Positions 17,806-25,759 of a stretch of DNA of 26,393 nt are shown here, piece after piece. The stretch spans positions 1-26,393 of the forward strand of contig JBMNIF010000004.1 in assembly GCA_050950765.1 (NCBI GenBank), written 5' to 3'. The position numbers and the translations under genes are program-made. This DNA comes from Bdellovibrionota bacterium (GTDB lineage Bacteria; Bdellovibrionota_C; UBA2361; JAAYZI01). The notes below the pieces were generated by a model. The model was given only the letters and a program-made list of their open reading frames with translations, was not told the DNA's origin and ran no database searches. Each line of letters begins with the position of its first letter. Position 1 is the stretch's first letter.

Positions 17806-19093
17806 TATTCCGCCAAAGGAGCAAAGAAAGATAGATCAGGAAGTTCAGAATGTTATTGATAAATACGGGATGGACTCTGATATGATCCGTAATCACCCGC
17901 AATATGAGGCGTTAGTTACAACAGGTGTGGGGGCGCATCACGCTGGGCAATTGATCGTGTGGAGGCTTCTTTTAGAAGAGTTAATGAGTCGTGGTGTGAT
18001 GCGGATGATGATCGCAACTGGGACTGTTGCTGCGGGTGTTGATTTTCCGGCGCGTACAGTTGTTGTAACTGCACACAGCAAACGTGGGACTAATGGCTTT
18101 CAGATCTTAAGCTCATCAGAATTTCAACAGATGTCGGGACGTGCTGGACGACGTGGTAAGGATAGTGTTGGATTTTGTTTGATTGCGCCGAGTGCTTATT
18201 CTGATGCTAGGGTTATTCATCAGGTAGCGGCGAGACCACCGGAGCCGTTAAGATCTGCGTATTATGCAGCGCCTTCGACGGTGTTAAATCTTTTAAAATA
18301 TAGGACTGCTGATGATCTACGCCACACCGTTTCAAGGAGTTTGGGGGCGTTTCTTGATCGTAAGGCAGCTAAGGTTTTGTTAAATGAAGCAGCTGAAGTG
18401 GGGAAGAAGACTGCTGAAAATCAGAAGCTAACACCTGAGCAACGTAAGAAAGGTGAGAAGCGTGCCAGAAGGATCGTTAAGGAGGCTGATCGTTTGGAGC
18501 AACGTCAACAAAATCTTCTTGAAACATCTTTGCAAGGTTTAACCCGTCTCGGTCATATAGTGGAAGGTAAATTAACAGAGAAGGGGGCTTGGGCAGCTGA
18601 ACTTTGCACCAGCATAGTGTTGGAGTTGGCGGAGGCTATCGATGAAGGGCTACTTGGTGAAGTTGTTCTTGATGAGTTGATAGGGTTAGTTGCTTCTATT
18701 GCAGGGGATCCGCACAGATCTTATTTCGGGATTAGGCAGAACCCGATTAAGAAAGAGTATTTTGCAAGGATGCAGGCGTGTGTGGATCGTGTGGCAGCGT
18801 TATATGAAGGTTCTCCTTTTGCCAGTGAGGTCGTGGTGCTTCCTGATGCAGCGGTTACGGTATTAACGTGGGTAGAATCGTCTTCGTGGCAAGATTTTGC
18901 AGCGTATTTAAGATTGGCGGGTGTGGCTGAAGGGGATGTAGCGCGGTTGATCTCTCAAACGGCGGATCACCTCAATCAGATTTCGAGACTTTCTGAGAGT
19001 CATCCTGATTTAGCAATTATGGCGTTAGAAGCGAGAAGGCTATTACTTAGACCACCAATTACAGACGCTTTTGAGGTCGGTGTATTAAATTAA
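17666..19093 (+). CDS. Ski2/HelY-like helicase, C-terminal subunit (RecA2, winged-helix and DSHCT-like domains)
   Basis: Motif IV LPAILFRTSRRQCD, GVGAHHAG, motif V ATGTVAAGVDFPARTVV, motif VI QQMSGRAGRRG and DSHCT-like EGDVARLISQTADHLNQI. Confidence 0.9.
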   Translation: MLHREFPVNTILTELEKDSLLPAILFRTSRRQCDVDVERLSLSRVGSIPPKEQRKIDQEVQNVIDKYGMDSDMIRNHPQYEALVTTGVGAHHAGQLIVWRLLLEELMSRGVMRMMIATGTVAAGVDFPARTVVVTAHSKRGTNGFQILSSSEFQQMSGRAGRRGKDSVGFCLIAPSAYSDARVIHQVAARPPEPLRSAYYAAPSTVLNLLKYRTADDLRHTVSRSLGAFLDRKAAKVLLNEAAEVGKKTAENQKLTPEQRKKGEKRARRIVKEADRLEQRQQNLLETSLQGLTRLGHIVEGKLTEKGAWAAELCTSIVLELAEAIDEGLLGEVVLDELIGLVASIAGDPHRSYFGIRQNPIKKEYFARMQACVDRVAALYEGSPFASEVVVLPDAAVTVLTWVESSSWQDFAAYLRLAGVAEGDVARLISQTADHLNQISRLSESHPDLAIMALEARRLLLRPPITDAFEVGVLN

Positions 19094-19099
19094 TCTTCA

Positions 19100-19476
19100 G
19101 AATTTTGTACCACCCTTTAGGCATAGTTGAGTGGGCTGCAACTGCGAAAAAATTGGTGCCACCCACCAGTGACGCTAGGACGGGCACGATTGCAGGATGG
19201 GATCGGCTAGATCTAGACGGAGGTTAAAAATTTGGTGCCACCCTTCAGCCGAAGGTGGGTGTCCTAATTGGCGGGGTCAAAAATTTGGTGCCACCCTTCA
19301 GGGACGATTGGGCGGGCTGATATTAAAAAGCAAGTTGGTTAGGTTTTCACGAGGGTTAAATTTTGGTGCCACCCTTCATTTTTGGCAGATCGGCTAGCTG
19401 CAGCTCTGGAGCTGCAGCTCTGGTGCCACCCACCAGTAAGACGGGATCAGCTAGATTTCTACGGAGGTTAAAAATA
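19100..19476 (+). repeat. Intergenic modular repeat cluster 1 (core AAAATTTGGTGCCACCC)
   Basis: GGTGCCACCC at 19155, 19234, 19287, 19365 and 19422 (spacings 79, 53, 78, 57), plus variant TGTACCACCC at 19106. Confidence 0.92.
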
Positions 19477-19582
19477 GAGGGGGGGTGATGGTAAAAACCT
19501 TATAATATTGAAGTTTAACTTTATGCTATGCTATTGTGCTTATTAAAATTTATTTTATAAAGCAGCTCTAAAAAGGTATTTT

Positions 19583-22060
19583 ATGAATTCTGAAGATCGT
19601 GGCAGTCAAAATGGGAAGATAAAGATAGCACTTATCTGTGGTGGAAGTGGTGCGGAACGGGGTATCTCAATAAATTCAACACGTTCCGTGCTTGATCACT
19701 TACCCAATACAGTTGATATCATCCCGTTCTATTTTGATGTCTTTATGAATTGTTACCGGCTCTCTAAAGCGCAGCTCTATTCAAACACCCCTTCTGATTT
19801 TGATTTTAAACTAAAAGATAATGCGCGAAAAATTTCGCAGGAGGAGTTTATTTCTGAACTTAAAAACGTTGATCTAGCTTTTCCGATCATTCACGGCATC
19901 TTCGGAGAGGACGGGCAGTTGCAGCAGATCTTAGAAGATAACGAGATCCCTTATGTCGGAGGTTCGGCGCAAGCTTATAAAAAAGGTTTTCCCAAAGATG
20001 TTGCTAATACGATCCTAAAGGAAAACGGCTTTTTCACTATTCCGTTTGTCTCTGTTGAACGAACTGATTTAGTTGCAGCCAAAAAGATAGCTGAAAAGTT
20101 TTTTAAAGAAGAGAAACTAAGCAGAGCTATGATAAAACCTGCACTCGGAGGCTCTTCTATCGGTACTTATGATATTCATAATGCGGATGAGGCGGTTGCT
20201 GCGTTGCAAGATACGTTAAAGATCGGGTTACGTGTAGGAGATACCTTTATCATTGAGCCTTTTTGTAAGGGGCGTGAGTTCACCAGCATTATTGTGGAGA
20301 GTAAACACGGAGAGCCTGTGGCGTTTGTACCTACGGAGATTGAGATCGTTAAAGGTACTGAACTTTTTGATTTTAGAAGAAAATATCTTCCGACAGATTC
20401 ATCACTGTTACATTGTCCGCCGCGCTTTACTGATGAGCAGATCAAAGAGATTCAGAATGGGGCTGAGAAGATCTTTTCTCTCTTTGGATTTCACGATTTT
20501 ATGCGTGTAGATGGTTGGATACTTGATGATGGACGGATCTTAATCTCTGATATTAATCCCGTTAGTGGAATGGAGCAGTGTAGTTTTATCTTTGAGCAGA
20601 CATCCAGAGTCGGTTTTACGCATGCTTCTATTTTAGAATTGATCATAGGCAGTGCTTGCAGACGGTATAATATTAGCTCTGCACCGCTTGAAGTGAAAAA
20701 ATCGGTAGGAGAAAAGAAAAAGGTCTTTGTCTTAATGGGTGGAAAAACTGCTGAAAGGCAGGTCTCATTAATGAGTGGCACTAACGTTTGGTTAAAGCTC
20801 TCAAAGTCAGGTAATTTTGAAGCGGTGCCTTATTTAATGGATAAAAATGGTGAGGTTTGGAAGTTGTCATATTCTTTTGCGCTTAATCGTACAGTTGAAG
20901 AGATCTATCTCAACTGTTTGGATGCTACTGAGATAAACAAAAGATTAAAACCTTATGCCGAAGAGCTTTATAAAAAGTTAGATCTGCCGAATAGGTTTAA
21001 CGTTAAATCAAATACTCCTATAAAAATGACGTTGGATGATTTTTGTAAGGATGCCGTAATAAATGAAGCTTTTGTCTTTATCGGACTGCACGGCGGAGAG
21101 GGGGAGGATGGAACTATTCAGAAAAAGCTGGAGGACTATGGTTTGCTTTTTAACGGCTCTGATTCTGTGGCATCAAAGCTTTGCATAGATAAATTTAAAA
21201 CAGGAGAGGTTGTTAATGCCATAGGAGATCCGGAGATCGCATCTCTTCCAAAACAAAAATTAAATCTTAAAACTGCTAACGAGAGTGAGCTGCAAAAAAT
21301 TTGGAACGAGATGTATCAAAATACAGGTTTTGACACGATAGCGGTGAAACCTATCTCTGATGGATGTTCATCCGGAATTATTCGGCTTCATAATTTTGAT
21401 GAATTAAAGAGATATGTAGAGATTGCAAGTAACAGTGCCAATGAAGTTATTCCAGCGCATTCATTTCATAAACAAGATAATGAAGTCAATTTGCCGCAAG
21501 ATAAAAATCCTATTTATATCCTTGAGCCGTTTGTACAGGTTGATTATCTGCGGGTGGTAAAAAACGATATCGTTTACAAGAAAGATCAAGGTTGGCTTGA
21601 GTTCACGGTTGGTGTTTTAGAACAATCCGGTAAATATCATGCGCTGAATCCGAGCATTACCATTGCTGAAGGAGAGGTTTTAAGTCTGGAAGAGAAATTT
21701 CAAGGTGGAACGGGAGTTAACATTACTCCGCCCCCTGAGGATATCTTAAAAACAGAGTTTAGGGATAAAATAAAGTATGGTGTTGAGAAGGTTGCAAAAG
21801 CTCTCGGCATTAAGAGTTATGCTAGAATAGATATCTTTTTTAACCTTGATAGTGGCAAGATGATCGTAATTGAAGCTAATACCTTACCGGGGATGACACC
21901 AGCAACTGTTATTTACCATCAAGCTTTAGCGGAAGATCCACCGTTGAATCCGACAAAATTTATAGAGCGTATTATTAATGAGAAGATCTCTTCTAATGAA
22001 AGTTCTGATGAGTGTAAGAGAAAGATTAAAAGGCAACTTTGTTCTGCTGCGGCAGTGTAA
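19583..22060 (+). CDS. ddl: Tandem double-domain D-alanine--D-alanine ligase family protein
   Basis: Two complete ATP-grasp Ddl motif sets. Set 1: CGGSGAERGIS, HGIFGEDG, KPALGGSSIG, RVD, DINPVSG. Set 2: MGGKTAERQVS, HGGEGEDG, KPISDGCSSG, RID, EANTLPGMT. Confidence 0.92.
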   Translation: MNSEDRGSQNGKIKIALICGGSGAERGISINSTRSVLDHLPNTVDIIPFYFDVFMNCYRLSKAQLYSNTPSDFDFKLKDNARKISQEEFISELKNVDLAFPIIHGIFGEDGQLQQILEDNEIPYVGGSAQAYKKGFPKDVANTILKENGFFTIPFVSVERTDLVAAKKIAEKFFKEEKLSRAMIKPALGGSSIGTYDIHNADEAVAALQDTLKIGLRVGDTFIIEPFCKGREFTSIIVESKHGEPVAFVPTEIEIVKGTELFDFRRKYLPTDSSLLHCPPRFTDEQIKEIQNGAEKIFSLFGFHDFMRVDGWILDDGRILISDINPVSGMEQCSFIFEQTSRVGFTHASILELIIGSACRRYNISSAPLEVKKSVGEKKKVFVLMGGKTAERQVSLMSGTNVWLKLSKSGNFEAVPYLMDKNGEVWKLSYSFALNRTVEEIYLNCLDATEINKRLKPYAEELYKKLDLPNRFNVKSNTPIKMTLDDFCKDAVINEAFVFIGLHGGEGEDGTIQKKLEDYGLLFNGSDSVASKLCIDKFKTGEVVNAIGDPEIASLPKQKLNLKTANESELQKIWNEMYQNTGFDTIAVKPISDGCSSGIIRLHNFDELKRYVEIASNSANEVIPAHSFHKQDNEVNLPQDKNPIYILEPFVQVDYLRVVKNDIVYKKDQGWLEFTVGVLEQSGKYHALNPSITIAEGEVLSLEEKFQGGTGVNITPPPEDILKTEFRDKIKYGVEKVAKALGIKSYARIDIFFNLDSGKMIVIEANTLPGMTPATVIYHQALAEDPPLNPTKFIERIINEKISSNESSDECKRKIKRQLCSAAAV

Positions 22061-22150
22061 TTAGACAGTGTAATTAAACTGATAGTAATAACAGTTTGTA
22101 GATTATGTAAAAAGATGTAGCGATTTTTCTTTAGCATTAGAGAGGATTCA

Positions 22151-23554
22151 ATGAAGATTGAGATAAAAAAGTTAATAGAAATTTTAAAGGCGACTCCCTC
22201 TAATGTCTCAGATTTTAACCGTGTACTAGAAACAGCTTTAATCTTTTTTGATTCAAGAAAGTTAGTTTCGGGAGGTATCTTTGTTGCTATTTCAACTACT
22301 AAAAATGATGGAGCGTTGTATATCAAAGATGCTATGACTAAAGGAGCTGTTCTAGCTATTGCAGAGAGTAATCCTGATAATTCTCCGAATGTGTTGTTGG
22401 TAGAGGATTCCGTTAAAGCTTTTCAAGAGTTAGGTAAATATGTCCGTTCGAAATATAAAGGGCTTGTTATCGGTATTACAGGCAGTTCCGGTAAGACAAC
22501 GGGGAAAGCTTTGATTGTACAGATGCTTTCTGCATTTTCACGTGTCTTTGCTGGTGAGACCTCTTTTAATAATCATATCGGAACTCCGTATAATTTGTGC
22601 CGACTTGATTTTGATAGTGATTATGCAGTTTTTGAAATGGGAATGGATCATGCCGGTGAGATCTCTCTCCTTACTGAGTTAGTTAAGCCGAACGTGGCAG
22701 CTGTTATGAACGTTTTTCCGATGCACATTGAGTATTTTAAAGAGTTCAAAGATATCGCTTTTGCAAAAGCAGAGATCTTTGAAAAAACTGTTCATCCTAA
22801 TGGGAAAGCTATTATTAATGCTGATACTAATTTTGCTAAAGAGGTCTTAATACCGCAGGCACAAAAGGCAGGGATTAAAGAGATTATTACCTTTGGTAAA
22901 AAAGGCGATATCACCTTAAAAAGTTGCAATTTTACCTATGATGGACAAACAGAGGTTGAGATCGGTGTTGGAGATAATGTTTTTAAACATCGTGATAACG
23001 GCTTGGGGGAACGTTTTGCTTATAACGCCACCTTTGCAGTGGCAGTTGCTACAGCATTAAATCTTGATATAGCAAAGGCGTTACAAGCGATCTCTTCTTT
23101 CTCTCCGTTAAAAGGGCGTGGTAAAGTTTCAAAGATTACGATTCCGCAAGGCGCAGCTATTACGTTGATAGATGATTCTTATAACGGTCAGCCGGAAGCC
23201 GTGCGTCAAGCTATTCAGACGTTGAGTATGATGAAGTGTCCTGAAGGTGCTCGCAAGATCGCCATTATCGGTAGGATGATGGAGTTGGGGGAGAGCTCTG
23301 AGGAGGAGCACCGTGCTGTCGGAAGAGTTTTAGCAGAGAGCACGGTTGATATAGTGATAGGGATTGGAGAAGAAACAAAAGCGATGTTGGCGGAGGTGCC
23401 ATCTCCAAAAGATAAGATCTTTCAAGAATCAGTTGATGGATTGTTTGAGGTGCTTACTACCAAGCTTTTAAAGGAAGGTGATATCGTATTGATTAAGGGT
23501 TCACATTACGCCTCAAGGGTCTTTGAATTGAGCGAAAAATTTCTAACACTGTAA
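22151..23554 (+). CDS. murF: UDP-N-acetylmuramoyl-tripeptide--D-alanyl-D-alanine ligase
   Basis: DSRK, GITGSSGKTT, SFNNHIG, FEMGMDHAGEI, KAEIF, IDDSYN, MMELG and LIKGS motifs. Confidence 0.96.
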   Translation: MKIEIKKLIEILKATPSNVSDFNRVLETALIFFDSRKLVSGGIFVAISTTKNDGALYIKDAMTKGAVLAIAESNPDNSPNVLLVEDSVKAFQELGKYVRSKYKGLVIGITGSSGKTTGKALIVQMLSAFSRVFAGETSFNNHIGTPYNLCRLDFDSDYAVFEMGMDHAGEISLLTELVKPNVAAVMNVFPMHIEYFKEFKDIAFAKAEIFEKTVHPNGKAIINADTNFAKEVLIPQAQKAGIKEIITFGKKGDITLKSCNFTYDGQTEVEIGVGDNVFKHRDNGLGERFAYNATFAVAVATALNLDIAKALQAISSFSPLKGRGKVSKITIPQGAAITLIDDSYNGQPEAVRQAIQTLSMMKCPEGARKIAIIGRMMELGESSEEEHRAVGRVLAESTVDIVIGIGEETKAMLAEVPSPKDKIFQESVDGLFEVLTTKLLKEGDIVLIKGSHYASRVFELSEKFLTL

Positions 23555-24090
23555 CCGCCCTTCAGTGACAACAGAACGGGCTGAAATTGTAGAACGAGTC
23601 GGTTAGGTTTCTACGGAGGTCAAAATTTGGTGCCACCCTTTAGTTAAAAGTGGGTGTCCTAATTGGCGGGGTTTGCGAATTTGGTGCCACCCACCAGTAG
23701 CACGGGGATCTGCTGACTTTGGCTAGACTTGGATCTGCTGCACCCTTCAGGGAAGGTTGAACGGGCTGCAACTGTAGAACAAGTCGGTTAGGTTTCTACG
23801 GAGGTCAAAAATTTGGTGCCACCCACCAGTAAGACGGGATCAGCTAGATTTCTTTAAAATTACAACTTCTAATAATATCAAGATGTTAGCAAAATATTAG
23901 GGTTTGCGAATTTGGTGCCACCCTTTAGTTAAAGGTGGGTGTCCTAATTGGGAGGAGGTCAAAAATCTGGTGCCACCCTTCAGTGCTGCTGGGACGGGCT
24001 GATACAGCGAAGCGAGCCAGCTAGATTTGAACGGAGGTCAAAAATTTGGTGCCACCCTTTAGTAAGAGCGGGTCAGTAAGAGCGGAATTG
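23555..24090 (+). repeat. Intergenic modular repeat cluster 2 (same family and orientation as cluster 1)
   Basis: GGTGCCACCC at 23629, 23683, 23815, 23914, 23969 and 24048, plus degenerate (C/A)CCCTTCAG copies near 23555 and 23740. Confidence 0.92.
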
Positions 24091-24093
24091 CAG

Positions 24094-24915
24094 TTATGTG
24101 GTGGGTTCTTGTTTATCTAATTTATGGATGCAGTAATCAAAGGTATCTTCCCAAAAGAGCATCGTATTTAGTTGGTGAGCTTTTAAGTTAATTAGTGCGG
24201 AAAAAGCTTTTTCACGTGTTGTTTGCGGATTGCAATGCATATCACCTAAAATACCGAGTGAAAGCCCCTTGAGATCTTCCTTACTGTATTCGTAAAAGTT
24301 CAGAGTGCCGTTAAAGGCATCGAGCGCCCAGCGATGGTTTGAGATCTCTCCGAAACATAAAAAAGTATCTTTGCCCCGTGTGGGGGTTTCTATGTAGCCA
24401 CGTTTCCCTACTCGCATCAACTCTTTGCAAGCCGCTTCAGGATCTAGGCTATGTTCTAATACATGTGAGCAGTAAACGAAATCAAAGGCTTTATCTTCAA
24501 ACGGCATATCTTCAACGTAACATTCATAGACCCGCCGCCCTTCCAACATTTTAAATGCAGCTCCGGCACGTCCGTAGTCGTTATCAGTTAGGGCAGCATC
24601 TGCCAGATCTGTGGCAAAAGGAAAGGGGATATGCCCGCTACCGATATCTAAAACGCGATCACTCGGTTTTATATTAAAATCATATCTACGAGCCTGATAG
24701 ATTTCATAACGGCAATCCGGCATAGATTTATAGATATCATACGCCATAGCACAGATCTGAAGTGCGACTTCGGGATGTTCATCTACTATCTGTTCAATTA
24801 GATCAAGGGCGAAAACGAGGTTCTTTTCTTCCAGATATCTGTTAATGCTTGCAACGATTAAAGAGACATCTTTTTCTGCGCTGCGATAAGGCTTTCGTGG
24901 TGCAATAATAGCCAT
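24094..24915 (-). CDS. Class I SAM-dependent methyltransferase (Methyltransf_11-like), probably glycan-associated
   Basis: RVLDIGSG motif I, MPFEDKAFDFVYCSHVLEH and ELMRVGKRGYIETP. Lies downstream of a glycosyltransferase fragment. Confidence 0.88.
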   Translation of the reverse strand: MAIIAPRKPYRSAEKDVSLIVASINRYLEEKNLVFALDLIEQIVDEHPEVALQICAMAYDIYKSMPDCRYEIYQARRYDFNIKPSDRVLDIGSGHIPFPFATDLADAALTDNDYGRAGAAFKMLEGRRVYECYVEDMPFEDKAFDFVYCSHVLEHSLDPEAACKELMRVGKRGYIETPTRGKDTFLCFGEISNHRWALDAFNGTLNFYEYSKEDLKGLSLGILGDMHCNPQTTREKAFSALINLKAHQLNTMLFWEDTFDYCIHKLDKQEPTT

Positions 24916-24929
24916 AATTTTTCCCTTAA

Positions 24930-25331
24930 TTATTTGGCAGATAATTCATCCAAAACCAGCCGTGCAAAAGCATTGGCACGGTTATACATATTATGGTCTC
25001 TGAAACAGCGTGCCTTACCTGCTTTTGCGATCTTAATTCTTTCCGCATCATTTTTTAGATAGTACAGAATTTTTTGAACGGCATCATCTGAATCTTTATA
25101 GGTAACGATCTCGCGTTCAGGTTCAAAGTATCGGATCAGTCCCTGCAAAGCATCGGTAATAAGTAGAGATTCACCTGCGGTTGCCTCAAACATACGCATG
25201 TTAATGGTATCTTCTCCTCCGATATCTTCTTTATCACTTCCGTTTGTAGCGATTAAAGCGTGGTGTCCTCTGTGGTCTATTACAATACGTCCGCGACGTA
25301 ACGCTTTATGCATCTCCAATCCGAATACAGC
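24930..25331 (-). pseudogene. 3' part of a CgeB-like (Glyco_trans_1_2) glycosyltransferase, truncated at its 5' side by unrelated sequence
   Basis: VFGLEM..., NMRMFEATA.G.LLITD, FEPEREIVTY, ER.KIAKAG..R...DH.M.NRA. The N-terminus is replaced in frame by chemoreceptor sequence. Confidence 0.75.
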
Positions 25332-25523
25332 AGCGGCGTTCAGAGCAAGGAGGTTGGTCTGGTTGGCGATATCGGTGATCAGTTTGACGATGTTGTTGAT
25401 CTCCCGCATCTGCTCGTTGAGCGTGCTGATCTCGTCCACGGTCTGCTTTGAGATCTCCTCGACGAGGAGCATCTTCTTCGTCACGACATCTCCAAGAGAG
25501 GCCGCTTCGTTGCCTTCCTTCGA
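25332..25523 (-). other. Internal fragment of a methyl-accepting chemotaxis protein signalling domain (foreign composition)
   Basis: Reads KEGNEAASLGDVVTKKMLLVEEISKQTVDEISTLNEQMREINNIVKLITDIANQTNLLALNAA and breaks off just before the invariant IEAARAG. Hand count about 55% GC (105/192). Confidence 0.9.
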
Positions 25524-25730
25524 AGGGTTTAGATATTCGTCTTATTAATGAACATAATGCACTACTCTTGAGTAAATTAAATTATCTTGGTGAATATATC
25601 TTTGCATTTGATGATGTTAAAAATAAGAAGGTAATTGAGAATAAATTAGCGATTGTAAAGAAATACATTACAAGCGACTGGAGATTAAAATTCTATCTTT
25701 ATTGTCACCCATCGATGGATATTAAAAATA
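25524..25730 (+). other. AT-rich internal fragment of an unrelated protein-coding gene (possibly phage radical-SAM-like)
   Basis: Open frame GLDIRLINEHNALLLSKLNYLGEYIFAFDD...LKFYLYCHP with no start or stop of its own. Hand count about 27% GC (56/207). The family assignment is from recall of the (Q)GLDIRL..FAFD pattern only. Confidence 0.5.
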
Positions 25731-25759
25731 ACGGGGGCGAGTACGGGTTTTATACCCGG

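Noticed and set aside
16316..19093. Helicase as Cas3 or another defence helicase linked to the CRISPR array
   Set aside because: The motifs are Ski2/HelY-type with no HD nuclease domain, the gene is about 6.7 kb from the array among housekeeping genes, and the array's linkage to this chromosome is doubtful.
19197..19397. 66-aa ORF in repeat cluster 1
   Set aside because: It is a translation of the repeat core (KFGATL recurring) with no convincing RBS, and cores elsewhere fall in different frames.
19583..23554. A van-type glycopeptide resistance cluster
   Set aside because: There are no vanH, vanX, vanY, vanT or vanRS homologues in the window. Only the KF residue hints at altered specificity, and it is kept as a hypothesis above.
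19100..24090. GGTGCCACCC clusters as degenerate CRISPR arrays or integron attC arrays
   Set aside because: The constant part is only about 10-17 bp, the intervening segments are homologous to each other rather than unique, spacing is irregular (53-132 bp between exact cores), and no cas or integrase gene or attC-type RYYYAAC/GTTRRRY pairing is evident.
20176..24554. Small ORFs overlapping ddl, murF and the methyltransferase (for example 21919-22326 and 23129-23311)
   Set aside because: Shadow ORFs with no independent evidence.
24930..25484. 184-aa ORF as a genuine MCP-glycosyltransferase fusion protein
   Set aside because: Both parts are incomplete domains, the MCP stops inside its most conserved motif, base composition jumps at the junction, and MCP homology continues upstream of the called start.
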